DNA of 64,000 nucleotides from Spirochaetota bacterium (GTDB lineage Bacteria; Spirochaetota; UBA4802; UBA5368). The notes under the pieces were generated by a model. That model made no database searches, had not been told where the DNA came from, and saw only the letters and a list, made by a program, of their open reading frames with translations. The first letter of the stretch is position 1, and each line of letters opens with the position of its first letter. The DNA lies in contig DATIKU010000034.1 in NCBI GenBank assembly GCA_035477215.1, forward strand, positions 70,037-134,036, read 5' to 3'. The translations under genes and the position numbers were made by a program. Below are positions 9,816-21,100 of this stretch, piece by piece.

Positions 9816-12794
9816 ATGGTAATGTCCATAACCAGAAGGGATTTCCTCGGGCTGTCCGGCGTAACGGCGGCGGGGGCTTTCTTCGGCGGGGTATCGTTCC
9901 TCAGCGGATGCAAGTCCGCGCCGGACAAGCTGCAGGGGACTCGTGAAAGCACGACGATTTGCCCCTATTGCGGAGTCGGGTGCGGCCTTATTGTTTCCGC
10001 CAGGAATGGGAAAGTCGTCAATATCGAGGGTGATCCGGATCATCCTATAAACCAGGGTTCCCTCTGTTCGAAGGGCAGCGCGCTCTTCCAGATCTCCGAC
10101 AATCCAAGAAGACTGTCGAAGGTCCAGTACAGAAAGCCGTACGGCACGGAATGGGAGGAGATCTCCTGGGACCAGGCCGTCAAGATGATCGCGCGAAGGG
10201 TCAAAGACACCCGCGACGCGACCTTCATCGAAAAGGAAGGCGACGTTACGGTTAATCGCTGCGCGGGAATCGCGAGCCTGGGCGGTGCCGCGCTTGACAA
10301 CGAGGAGTGTTACACCCTCTCGAAATTCGCGAGGATGCTTGGAATAACCTACCTGGAGCATCAGGCTCGTATTTGACACAGCGCGACAGTCGCCGGTCTG
10401 GCGGCTTCCATCGGTCGTGGCGCGATGACCAATCACTGGAACGATATCAAGAATTCGGACGTCATCCTTATAATGGGGTCGAACGCCGCGGAAAACCACC
10501 CCATCTCATTCCGCTGGGTTCAGAAGGCCCAAGAGGAGCGCGGGGCGAAGCTCATCGTCGTCGATCCCCGTTTCACCAAATCGGCCTCGCTGGCGGATCT
10601 TTACGCACCGCTGCGTCCGGGCTCGGACCTGGCCTTCCTGGGCGGAGTTGTCAACTACGCCCTCGGGAATGAGCGGATTCAGAAGGAGTACGTTGTTGAA
10701 TATACCAACGCGGCGTACCTGATAAATCCCGAATTCAGGTTCAACGATGGCCTCTTCAGCGGTTATGACGGAAGCAAGAAGAGTTACGACAGCAAGACCT
10801 GGGCGTACCAGCTTGACGACAAGGGCATTCCGAAGCAGGACAGAACCCTCAAGGACCCCAATTGCGTCTACCAGCTCATGAAGAAGCATTATGCCCGCTA
10901 TACGCCGGAGAAGGTGGAGCAGTCGACCGGATGCCCGAAAGAGTCTTTCCTCAAGGTGGCCGAGCTCTTCACCTCCACGCACAAGCCCGACAGGGTGGCG
11001 ACCATCCTTTACGCCATGGGGACCACGCAGCACACCGTCGGGACGCAGAACGTGCGTATCTTCGCGATCCTGCAGCTCCTCCTGGGGAACATGGGCCTTG
11101 CGGGCGGCGGCATCAACGCGCTTCGGGGCGAGTCCAACGTGCAGGGTTCCACCGACGCCGGACTGCTCTGGCACATCCTGCCCGGCTATATTCCCGCGCC
11201 GGTCGCCAAAAAGCACCCCAATCTCGAAGCCTATATCAAGGCGACCACGCCCAAGACCAACGATCCGCGAAGCATCAACTGGTGGTCGAACAGGCCCAAG
11301 TATCTCATCAGCATGCTCAAGGCCTGGTACGGCGACGCCGCGACGAAAGAGAATGACTTCTGCTACGACTGGCTGCCCAAGGCGCACAAACCGGTCCCGT
11401 ATATCACGCTGTTCGAGGACCTGTACGCCGGCCGGCTTAAGGGGGCCATCTACATGGGGACCAACCCGATCGTCGGCGGGCCAAATTCCAACCGCACGGC
11501 GAAGGGTATGGAAAAGCTCGACTGGCTGGTGGCCGTGGACCTGTGGGAAACCGACTCCTCGATATTCTGGAAGCGTCCCGGCGCCAATGCCGCTCAGATA
11601 AAGACCGAGGTCTTTCTCCTTCCGGCGGCGGCGTCATTCGAGAAAGAGGGAAGCGTATCCAACTCGGGACGCTGGGCGCAATGGCGTTACAAGGCGCAGA
11701 ATCCTCCCGGCGTGGCCAAGAGCGACCTCGACATGATAGACCTGATTTACCGCGAGCTTAAGGGTCTCTACCAGAAGGAGGGCGGCAAGTTCGCCGATCC
11801 CATCCTCAAGCTCGTATGGAACTACACCGAGCCCGGCGAACACGAGGCCAGCCCGCATCTGGTTGCGAAGGAGATCAACGGATTCGATTACAAGACAAAA
11901 AAGCAGATGTCGACCTTCATGGACCTCAAGGATGACGGTTCGACCGCCTGCGGCAACTGGATTTACAACGCCAGCTACACCGAGAAGGGCAATATGATGG
12001 CCCGCCGCGGAGCCAGGGACGCCTCCAATAAGATTGGGATGTATCCGGAGTGGTCGTGGTGCTGGCCGCTTAACCGGCGCATCCTCTACAACCGTGCCGC
12101 CGTCAATCGCGAGGGAGAGCCCTGGGACAAGAACCGCTGGGTCGTCAAATGGACCGGCAGCGCATGGAAAGGAGACGTGGTGGACGGCGGGCCGAAGTTC
12201 GGTCCTGACGCCAAAAATCCATTTATAATGAACGCCGAAGGCGTGGGCAGGCTGTTCTCGAAGGACCTTGCCGACGGCCCGTTCCCCGAGCATTACGAGC
12301 CGATGGAAACGCTGACGGCGAACCTGTTTAACTCGCAGAAGCTCAACCCCGCCGTGCAAATACATGACACGCTGAAGGGCGATTTCAACGATGCGGCCCG
12401 CTATCCGTATATCGCCACCTCGTACCGCGTCGTGGAACACTGGCAGGCCGGCGCAATGACCCGCAACCTCCCGTGGCTCGCCGAGTTGGTTCCGGACATG
12501 TTCTGCGAAATCAGTCCATCGCTCGCGAAAGCTAAGGGTTTCAAACACGGCGACAAGGTTCGGATTTTCAACTCGCGCGGCGCCATCACGGCTTACGCGC
12601 TGGTGACCGAGAGAGTACAGCCGCTTAAAGTGCAGGGAAGGATGGTGGAGATGGTCGGTATGATCTGGCACTTCGGACACGGATGCGGTGTGTCCGGCGA
12701 CAGCTGTAATCAACTCACGCCGAGCATCGGGGACCCCAACACTGACATCCCCGAGTATAAGGCATTTCTGGTGGACATCAGGAAGGAGGCGTAA
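9816..12794 (+). CDS. fdnG: formate dehydrogenase catalytic subunit, selenocysteine-containing (in-frame TGA at 10374-10376 read as Sec), with Tat signal
   Basis: Twin-arginine signal TRRDFLGLSGV; the two track ORFs (9753-10376, 10425-12794) are in the same frame, split only by a TGA inside the conserved ...EHQARI-U-HSATVAGL... motif of FdnG/FdhA; GGAGG RBS before the ATG at 9816. Confidence 0.85.
10388..10406 (+). promoter_or_regulatory. SECIS-like hairpin 11 nt downstream of the Sec UGA of fdnG
   Basis: AGUCGCC-GGUCU-GGCGGCU, a 7-bp stem with a GGUCU loop at the spacing expected for bacterial SECIS elements. Confidence 0.45.
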
Positions 12795-12797
12795 GTC

Positions 12798-13583
12798 ATG
12801 TCAGAAAAAGCGTTTTTGGTTGACACAACTAAATGTTCCGGATGCAGATCCTGCCAGGTTGCCTGTAAACAGTGGAACAGTCTTCCGGCCGAGAAGACAG
12901 TATTCTTCGCCGGTCCGGAGATGACGAATCCGAAAGAGCTTTCGGCGATCACCTGGAACCACGTTAAATTTTTCAATGTCGACCGGTCCAACCCGGACCG
13001 CCCTATCTGGACGATCATGCACAAGAAGTGCTATCACTGCGAAGTGGCCAACTGCCTGCGCGTGTGTCCCGAGAAGGCGATCTACAAGAAGGACGGATGG
13101 ACGGTGATCGATCAGGAGAAGTGCATCGGCTGCGGCGCCTGCGTGAACGAGTGCGTATACCTTGTGCCACAGGTGAGCGATGCGGACCACAAGTCGCACA
13201 AGTGCCATGCCTGCGCGATGAATCCTCGAGAGATTCCCGCGTGTGCATTCGCCTGTCCCACCGGCGCGCTTACCTATGACCACCGGTTGAGCATCGTCAA
13301 GAAGGCCGAAAAGCGCCTGGAGGAGGTAAAGAGGGGCTTCCCAAACGCGAGCATTTACGGCAGGGAACAGTTTGAGGGCCTGAAGGTCATCACCATCAGC
13401 AGGGACCGTCCGGAGAAATACGGCCTCCCGCTCGATCCCAGGCCCATCGATCTGGTCAAGGCGGAGTCGATTCGCGAGACCTATAAAATGCTCGCCTTCT
13501 TCAGCCTGGGCCTCCCCTCGCTCAAGAGGGTGGCTTATCGCATGGCGAAATCCGCGGTCGAGAAGGACCGGCGGCGGGCCTGA
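12798..13583 (+). CDS. formate dehydrogenase iron-sulfur (4Fe-4S ferredoxin-type) subunit
   Basis: Multiple CxxCxxCxxxCP clusters (CSGCRSCQVAC, CIGCGACVNEC...); immediately downstream of fdnG. Confidence 0.85.
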   Translation: MSEKAFLVDTTKCSGCRSCQVACKQWNSLPAEKTVFFAGPEMTNPKELSAITWNHVKFFNVDRSNPDRPIWTIMHKKCYHCEVANCLRVCPEKAIYKKDGWTVIDQEKCIGCGACVNECVYLVPQVSDADHKSHKCHACAMNPREIPACAFACPTGALTYDHRLSIVKKAEKRLEEVKRGFPNASIYGREQFEGLKVITISRDRPEKYGLPLDPRPIDLVKAESIRETYKMLAFFSLGLPSLKRVAYRMAKSAVEKDRRRA

Positions 13584-13610
13584 GTTTTTCATACGATCGT
13601 ATTGCAAGCA

Positions 13611-13648
13611 GAAGGCGATGATATAATTCATCGCCTTCTTCATTTATT
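13611..13648 (+). terminator. rho-independent terminator after the fdh operon
   Basis: Perfect 11-bp inverted repeat GAAGGCGATGA / TCATCGCCTTC around a TATAAT loop, followed by a T-rich run. Confidence 0.6.
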
Positions 13649-13760
13649 GCGGCACTAAAAAGATTATTTGACAAAAAGCCGTCCGCGCCGATTAATAGTG
13701 GCTCGTCGCGCGGGCCCATATACGCGGGCCAGGCGTGGATTTCAGGTACAGGAGATCGCA

Positions 13761-14204
13761 ATGAAAAGGCTGGTGGTCGTTCTCGTGCTTCTGGCGCCCT
13801 TTACGCTGTCGTGCAGCTACTTCTTCAAGGAAACGCTGAACGTGAAGGAGGTGGTCGCGAAAAAGGAGGAGATGGACAGGTTTGACAATCCGGCCTATAA
13901 ATTCCTCGCCACCAAAGACCTTGCGGAGAAACGCGTGCAGGTCAAGAACGTGGTGGTCAAGGACGTTATCGTTTCGGGCAATATCGATTACGAATTCTGC
14001 GTGCTGGTCAGTGTCCCTTATGAAAAAGGAACCATTGACTGTTATATCTACTCCCGCGAACTGGAAACGGTTTCACGCCTCGTTAAGGGCAAAACGAAAA
14101 TAGACGTCGTCGGCGATTTCGGCCGGTTTTTTACGCTGCTCGACGATGCGTACACCAAGATCGAAATCATCAATGCCGATATAACCATACTGAAGGAGAA
14201 ATAG
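13761..14204 (+). CDS. hypothetical lipoprotein
   Basis: Signal peptide with LSC lipobox (LLAPFTLSCSYF); 147 aa; no recognised motif. Confidence 0.5.
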   Translation: MKRLVVVLVLLAPFTLSCSYFFKETLNVKEVVAKKEEMDRFDNPAYKFLATKDLAEKRVQVKNVVVKDVIVSGNIDYEFCVLVSVPYEKGTIDCYIYSRELETVSRLVKGKTKIDVVGDFGRFFTLLDDAYTKIEIINADITILKEK

Positions 14205-14210
14205 ATCGCC

Positions 14211-15443
14211 ATGGAGTCGTTTGTTCAGGGGCTCTTCGCGGACAGGATCGGCGGAGCGCAGTTCGGTAAAGAAGACAAAATATACAAGTTCGAAAAGATA
14301 AAGCGCGCCAAGCGAGAGGCGGCAAGTAAAAATCCCGGGGTGAGTCTTATCGACCTGGGCGTCGGAGAGCCTGACGAGAAGGCTTTCGGCCTGGTTATCG
14401 AGGCGCTCCGCGGGGAAGCCGATAAACACGAGAACCGCGGCTATTCGGACAACGGCATCGATGAATTCAAGGCCGCCGCCGCGGGCTATCTGAAAAAGGT
14501 TTTCGGCGTTGACGGCATATCGCCCGAGCGTGAGATAAATCACTCAATCGGATCGAAGCCCGCCCTGGCGATGATGCCGGCGGCGTTCATCAATCCAGGA
14601 GACGTCACCCTCATGACGGTCCCCGGGTATCCCGTGGCGGGTACGCACACCCGGTGGTACGGAGGGCGGGTCTACGACATCCCGCTTAAAAAGGAAAACG
14701 GGTTCCTTCCCGACCTCGAGTCCGTTCCGGCCGAAATCAGGAAGCGCGCCAAGGTATTGGTAATCAACTATCCGAACAATCCCACCGGCGCCCGGGCGGG
14801 CGAATCGTTCTATAAAGAGGTGATAGAGTTCGCACTGAGGAACGGCGTTGTGGTGGTTCAGGATGCGGCCTACGCAGCGCTGACGTATAACGGCGACCCG
14901 CTGTCATTTCTGAGCGTTCCGGGGGCGAAAGAAGTCGGCGTCGAGATACATTCCCTGTCGAAGTCATACAACATGACCGGATGGAGGATGGCGTTTGTCG
15001 CGGGGAACGAAAAAATCGTGAAGGCCTTCGCCACTGTAAAGGACAATTACGATTCGGGCCAGTTCAAGGCAATTCAATGGGCGGCCATACGGGCGCTCGA
15101 GCACCCGGAGCTGACCGACCGCATCAAAACGAAATACGAGCGCCGCCTTGGGGGGCTGGTGCGCGTTCTTTCGGGTATAGGATTCAACGCCGAGATGCCC
15201 GGGGGGACCTTTTATCTGTATGTGCAGAGCCCGAGAGGCCTTAAAAACGGGATGGATTTCCCGACCGCGGAGGACTTTTCGCAGTATCTTATCAGGGAAA
15301 AACTGATATCCACCGTGCCGTGGGACGATGTGGGTCATTTTCTGCGCTTTTCGGCCACGTTCGAGGCACCCTCGGTCGAGAGTGAAGCGCTTATCTTACA
15401 AGAGATTGAAAAAAGATTTAGTGATTTACAACTGGTGTTCTGA
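14211..15443 (+). CDS. dapL: class I/II PLP-dependent aminotransferase, LL-diaminopimelate aminotransferase (DapL) candidate
   Basis: About 410 aa aminotransferase fold with NPTGA and SKSYNMTGWR PLP-lysine region; N-terminus resembles DapL. Confidence 0.55.
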   Translation: MESFVQGLFADRIGGAQFGKEDKIYKFEKIKRAKREAASKNPGVSLIDLGVGEPDEKAFGLVIEALRGEADKHENRGYSDNGIDEFKAAAAGYLKKVFGVDGISPEREINHSIGSKPALAMMPAAFINPGDVTLMTVPGYPVAGTHTRWYGGRVYDIPLKKENGFLPDLESVPAEIRKRAKVLVINYPNNPTGARAGESFYKEVIEFALRNGVVVVQDAAYAALTYNGDPLSFLSVPGAKEVGVEIHSLSKSYNMTGWRMAFVAGNEKIVKAFATVKDNYDSGQFKAIQWAAIRALEHPELTDRIKTKYERRLGGLVRVLSGIGFNAEMPGGTFYLYVQSPRGLKNGMDFPTAEDFSQYLIREKLISTVPWDDVGHFLRFSATFEAPSVESEALILQEIEKRFSDLQLVF

Positions 15444-15651
15444 CGCTCCGTATGGTAGGATTGTTATGTATCGGGATAAAAGGGACGCCATCCGCCCGGG
15501 GCGTGGGCGGGTCCGACGTTCCCGGCTATTGCGTAAATATCATGTATCAATAAACGGCCCTGCGACATGATGCAGGTATTCCGGAAATCCCGGTCGCACG
15601 GACGGGAAGGAGCCGGAATATCGAGCGTGTGAGCGGGTCGGGAGAGTCCGG

Positions 15652-17958
15652 TTGCTCGGCGGATTGACTGTTTCCAGAAAGACAATGATTATCGCGGGCC
15701 TCGCGATGGCGGCGCTTGCAGTTGCCGTGCTCGGCGTCCGCCTCCTGCTTAAAAGCGTCGGTTCGCTTGACGGTTCCTTCTCCGGGGCGGTCGGCGACAG
15801 GGTCGAAATTCTGCGGGATGGAAGAGGCACGCCGATGATAAAGGCCGAAAACTGGGGCGATGCCTGTTTCGCGCTCGGCTATATCCACGCGCAGGACCGC
15901 CTGGTCATGATAGAGTATTACAGGGCGCTGGCGAGAGGGCGCATACAGGAGCTTTTCGAAAACGACGCCGGTCTCATGGACAGGCTTGCCGCGGTTATGG
16001 GATTTCACCGCCGCGCGGGCGAAATCCTGGCCAGGCTTAAATCGCCGCACCGTGAATACCTCGATGCCTATGCCGCCGGCGTCAATTTAATGAAAGACAG
16101 AAAGTACCGGGAGGTCGTCCGTTTCTCGCGGTTGCCGGACGATCCCTGGACGGCCCGGGACGTTATCGCCATACTGCTCCTGGTGGACTGGTCACAGGCC
16201 TTTCTCGCCAATCGGGAGCTCCGCTTCGCGCTTCCCGACAGACTGAGGACCTATCCCATACGCGATATCATACCCGAGGATATGCTGTACTGGTATTCCG
16301 ACGCCGAACAGAAAAATGTTTTCGCGCTCAGGGAGCTTAAAAACGCGGTGAGCGATTTCGTGGGCTCGTTCTCTTCGGGTTTCGCCTGCCTGGTCCCGAC
16401 CTCGCTGACGCACGACGGCAGTGCGCGAATCATCTTCAATCTCGATGTTCCCCTGCGCCTTTATCCTTCGTGGTACCCCGTGTGTTTTCGCGTGGCCGAC
16501 GGCGAGCTTGATGGAGTCAGTTTTTCGGGGATGCCTTTCGTTTTTACCGGCAGGAACCCATCCATGGCCTTTTCGTCGTTTACGATGAAAGCCGATACCC
16601 AGGACTTCCACATCGAAACGACACGAAAGCAGAAGGATTCGGAGCAGTACCTCGGGGCGTTCGGCTGGCGCGATTTCGAAGTGACGGAGGGGGCGACCGT
16701 TCCGGGCGTGGCCGCCCCCGTGCGCTCCACCGAGCGAGGGCCCGTTGTCAGCGATATCTTCGCGGGGATGTATCGGACCGATTGCATTACCGTTCGCTCG
16801 CTGTTTCCCGGTGAGGATTATATAGCAGCCCTTTTCGACGTGCCGCTCGCCGTTTCGCCCGCCGCGGCGCGTATGCGCCTTGCCAATGTTACGTCCCCTC
16901 CAAGGGCCTATCTCTTTTCGTCCGGGGAGTACGCCCTGCGCGGCTTCTCGGGAAAAATTCCCTTGCGTCTTCAGAAAGCGGGTTTATCCAAAAACCAGGT
17001 GTTCAATCCGATCTGGACGGGCGTTGCCGACATTTCGAATTACTTCGAGGCCGCGGGGCGTGATGTTTCTCTGATCGGCGGTTCGATCGCCGAGGGAGTT
17101 CCCCCTGCTATGCGGGACAGCCTGCAGTATGACGAGGAAGAAAGGACGGCAAGAATCCGAGATCTGTCCGGGGCGGGTGGAGTGCTCGACATCGCGGCCC
17201 TGCAGCGGGCGCTTCGCGACACCTATTCCATCTCCGCGGCGAAATTCGTACCGCTTTTTATACGGCTGCTCGAGAAGATACCGGTGACATCCGCCCGTCT
17301 TACGAGGATATACTTCATGGACTGGGACTACCGTATGCGTAAGGATTCGGTCGCCGCAACCATTTACCAGACGCTCGTGATAAAGCTCGTTCAAGAGACG
17401 ATGGGGGATGAGTGCAAAAACGAGATTTCCGGAATCCTCGAACACCATCACCATTTTTCCGATAGCTTTCTGAAGGCGATTGAGGAAGAAAAGTCGATTC
17501 TCTTCGACGACATAACGACGAGCACCCGCGAGGAGCGTCGGGACGATATTTTCGACAGGGCATTTCTCAGGTCCATGCGCTACCTCAATGACAGGCTCGG
17601 TCCGATAATGGAAAACTGGACGTGGGGAAGCCTTCACACCGGTCATTTTTCGGTTCCCCTCATCGACGAAAGCGCGTTCTGGTCGCGCCTTTTCCATGGC
17701 AGGATGGATGAGCCCTTCGAGGGCGGGTTCGCCACGGTTTATCGCGGGACGTCGCTACCCCTGGAGAATTTTAAGGCGGATGTGACAAGCTGTCTTTCCG
17801 GCATATACGACACTACGGCGGGGACTTACTCCGCATCGTACAGCTATTCGCTCAATCCCTTTTCGGATTACTTCGACTACAGGATGGAATACGGTAACTT
17901 CGCGGCCTTCAGACCGGACGACACCCGCCATCGCATTGAGATACGTCCGATGAAGTGA
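15652..17958 (+). CDS. penicillin acylase family (Ntn hydrolase) protein
   Basis: N-terminal TM/signal, then VEILRDGRGTPMIKAENWGDACFALGYIHAQDRL..., the penicillin amidase signature. Confidence 0.8.
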   Translation: MLGGLTVSRKTMIIAGLAMAALAVAVLGVRLLLKSVGSLDGSFSGAVGDRVEILRDGRGTPMIKAENWGDACFALGYIHAQDRLVMIEYYRALARGRIQELFENDAGLMDRLAAVMGFHRRAGEILARLKSPHREYLDAYAAGVNLMKDRKYREVVRFSRLPDDPWTARDVIAILLLVDWSQAFLANRELRFALPDRLRTYPIRDIIPEDMLYWYSDAEQKNVFALRELKNAVSDFVGSFSSGFACLVPTSLTHDGSARIIFNLDVPLRLYPSWYPVCFRVADGELDGVSFSGMPFVFTGRNPSMAFSSFTMKADTQDFHIETTRKQKDSEQYLGAFGWRDFEVTEGATVPGVAAPVRSTERGPVVSDIFAGMYRTDCITVRSLFPGEDYIAALFDVPLAVSPAAARMRLANVTSPPRAYLFSSGEYALRGFSGKIPLRLQKAGLSKNQVFNPIWTGVADISNYFEAAGRDVSLIGGSIAEGVPPAMRDSLQYDEEERTARIRDLSGAGGVLDIAALQRALRDTYSISAAKFVPLFIRLLEKIPVTSARLTRIYFMDWDYRMRKDSVAATIYQTLVIKLVQETMGDECKNEISGILEHHHHFSDSFLKAIEEEKSILFDDITTSTREERRDDIFDRAFLRSMRYLNDRLGPIMENWTWGSLHTGHFSVPLIDESAFWSRLFHGRMDEPFEGGFATVYRGTSLPLENFKADVTSCLSGIYDTTAGTYSASYSYSLNPFSDYFDYRMEYGNFAAFRPDDTRHRIEIRPMK

Positions 17959-17964
17959 GTTATG

Positions 17965-18037
<73 letters not shown>

Positions 18038-18104
18038 ACGGTGGGTCCACGGTATGCGGTGCCATGGACTGCGTCAATGAAAATTTATGCTTGGTTGATG
18101 ATAA

Positions 18105-21100
18105 ATGATGCATCCCCGGCGCTTATTTGCACGAAAAAGATCCAAAAGTAGTTTTCAACCGGAGGCAGCCGGCCCGAATGCAGAAGGTCCGGCGGCCGGA
18201 AAATTTTATCGCGTCTTTCCGCTTGCGGCCGTTTTCCTGCTGTGTGCGGGCGCGGTTTTCGCCGCCGATCCGCTGATTATGAACGGTAATTTTTCCGGGA
18301 GTCATTTAAACGGGCACCTTGAGTATTTTCTGGACGAAGATGGAGGGCTCGATATCTCGGCCATCGCCGCGCCCGGCTTCCCCTTCCGCGCGGCGCCGAC
18401 ATTGACTGGCAGCCCGAGTTTCGGCTACAGCCGCGGCGCGCTGTGGCTGCGGTTCCTTGTTAATAATCCCTCGCCCTCTCCGGTGGAATGGTATCTCGAA
18501 TACAATTACCCCATCACCGACCAGGTCGAGCTTTTCATTCCCGAGGGATTTGGATTTCGGCGAACCGAGGCCGGCGATCGAAAACCCTTCGCACAGCGCC
18601 CTGTCGAATATCGCTCGCCGGTGTTTCCGATTATACAGAAAAGCGGCACGTCCGCTTATTATCTGCGCGTACGAAGCCAGGGTTCCCTTACCGTGCCGCT
18701 CGTCGCATGGCTCCCCAAAGCGTTCGAAAAAATGAAGGCCGCTGAAATGCTGCTCCTTGGCATCTATTACGGTATAATGCTCGGGCTGACGCTGTATCAT
18801 GTGTTCCTTTTCATTTCAGTCCGGGAGCGGAGCTATCTGTACCTGCTCCTTTTCATTATCGGGGTGGCCGTTTTTACCATGGTGCACAATGGGCTGGGTT
18901 TTCAGTATCTCTGGCCCGAGAGCGTGCGATGGCAGAACCGGGCTCATCCATTTTTGATGTTTTTCCTGAACGCTGTCGTTCTTCAGTTCGCGCGGCTTTT
19001 TCTTTCAACACGGGAAAGGATGCCGCGTCTTGATGTGCCGGTGCGTGTACTGGCCGCTGCGAACCTGTCCGTGCTTGCCGTCCCTTTTATACTTGAGTAT
19101 TATTACGCGACACAGATTTCGGTAATCATGTCGGGTCTTTCGGGTTCGATGCTCATAATAACCGGGGCCGTGGGGTTCTTTCTTCGCCTGCGCGAGGCGC
19201 GCTTTTTCCTGACGGCCTGCCTGTGTTTTCTGGTCGGTGTATTGCTCATGGTGTTGCGCGCGTATGGCGTGCTGCCGGAGAATCCGATAACGGCGTGGAC
19301 CTACCAGATCGGTTCGTCGGTGATGATTCTATTATTTTCACTGGGCGTTGCCGACAAAATCAACATCATGCGCGGCGAACGCGAACGGGCGCTGAACAGC
19401 CTCGCCGAGTCGGAAGAAAAGTACCGCACGCTGGTGGAAAACGCGCGCGACGGGATCGTTTTGCTGGCAGACGAAAAACCGTTATATGCCAATCCTTCGC
19501 TTATCTCCATGCTCGGTTATACGGAGCGCGAATTTTATGAAAAGACCATTGTCGATTTCCTTCCGGACGACCCTCAGGGCAGGGACCTCGTGCTGCCCCG
19601 GCATCACGAGAGGATGCGCGGAATCGATCTGCCATCAAATTATGAGGCCCGGCTTCTGGCCGGGGATGGGAGGCTGCTGGACGTGATCATCTCGGCCTCG
19701 CGCATCCGGATGGGCGGCGATAATGTGATCATCGCGATCATCAGCGATGTCTCGCACCTGAAAAAGGCCGAAAACACAATTCACCGGCAATACCGGGAGA
19801 TCCATGCACAGTACGAGGAGGTGGAATCCCTCAACCGGGAACTCATGCGCACGCATAACGAGCTTGTGGACCTCAACGAGCGGCTTGCCAGGGAAAAGGA
19901 GCAGCTTGCGGCGACGCTGGTGTCCATCGGTGACGGTGTGATCGCAACCGATACGGAAGGCCGGATCGTGATGCTCAACCACGCGGCGGAACGCCTCACG
20001 GGCTGGCCGCAGGCGGAGGCCGAGGGCCGCCCGGTCGGCGAGCTGTTTAATCTCGCGGGGGGGCAGGTAAATAATCAAAGAATAAGCGGGACTGTTTCCG
20101 AGGTTACCCGTAGAGGCGGCCTGGAAATAAGCGACGTTCCGCTGGAGCTTGTCAACAGGAAAGGCGACGAACGGATAGTGGAGATGTCCGGCTCGCCGGT
20201 CCGGACCGCGGACGGGAAAACGCTCGGGGCGGTGCTCGCCGTACGGGACATCACCGAAAAGCACAAGCTGGAAAAAGAGCTCGCCAAGATCGGAAAGATC
20301 GAATCGCTCGGGCTGCTCGCAGGTGGGATCGCGCACGATTTCAATAATCTGCTTACCTCTATAATCGGCAACCTTTCGCTGGCGAAAATAGAGGCGGCCG
20401 GAAACAGCGCATGTTCCGAGATCCTTGACAGGATCGAAAGCGTTTCGCAGCGGGCGGTGAATCTGACAAGGCAGCTCCTCACCTTTTCCAGGGGTGGTGA
20501 TCCCATTAAAAAGACCGCCTCGATAGTGAAACTTTTGGAAGAGACTGTGTCTTTTCTCCTGGCCGGATCGAACGTCAGGAGCCATTTTTTCGTGGAGGGT
20601 GACATACCATCGGTCGACATCGATCCTGACCAGATCAGCCGGGTGCTGCACAACCTTATAATAAACACCGTGCAGGCCATGCCCGGCGGTGGCAATATTT
20701 CAATACGGGTGCAGAACGTCCCGGATGTACGCTGGCTGCCGCTTTCGGCCGGCCGTTATGTTAAAATATCAATTTCGGACGAGGGCGTGGGCATACCCCG
20801 GAAGCATCTCGGCAGGATTTTCGATCCATATTTCACGACCAAGGAATATGGCAGCGGGCTCGGCCTCGCCATCACTTTTTCCATCATCAAAAAGCATGGC
20901 GGGCACATCGACGTCGAGTCGAATGAAGGAGTCGGATCGACATTCAATGTGTATCTGCGCGCCTCGGAAATCGACGGCATTCCGGCGGAGGCGACGCCTG
21001 CATCGATGGCGCCCCGTCGGCGCGCGGGAAGGATCATGGTGATGGACGATGAGGAATGCATTCTCGACCTCGCGGTGAACATGCTGGGAAATTTCGGTTA

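Noticed and set aside
9753-10376. fdnG appearing as two separate ORFs (possible pseudogene)
   Set aside because: Both fragments are in the same frame; the interrupting TGA aligns with the conserved Sec position and is followed by a SECIS-like hairpin, so it is read-through, not a disruption.
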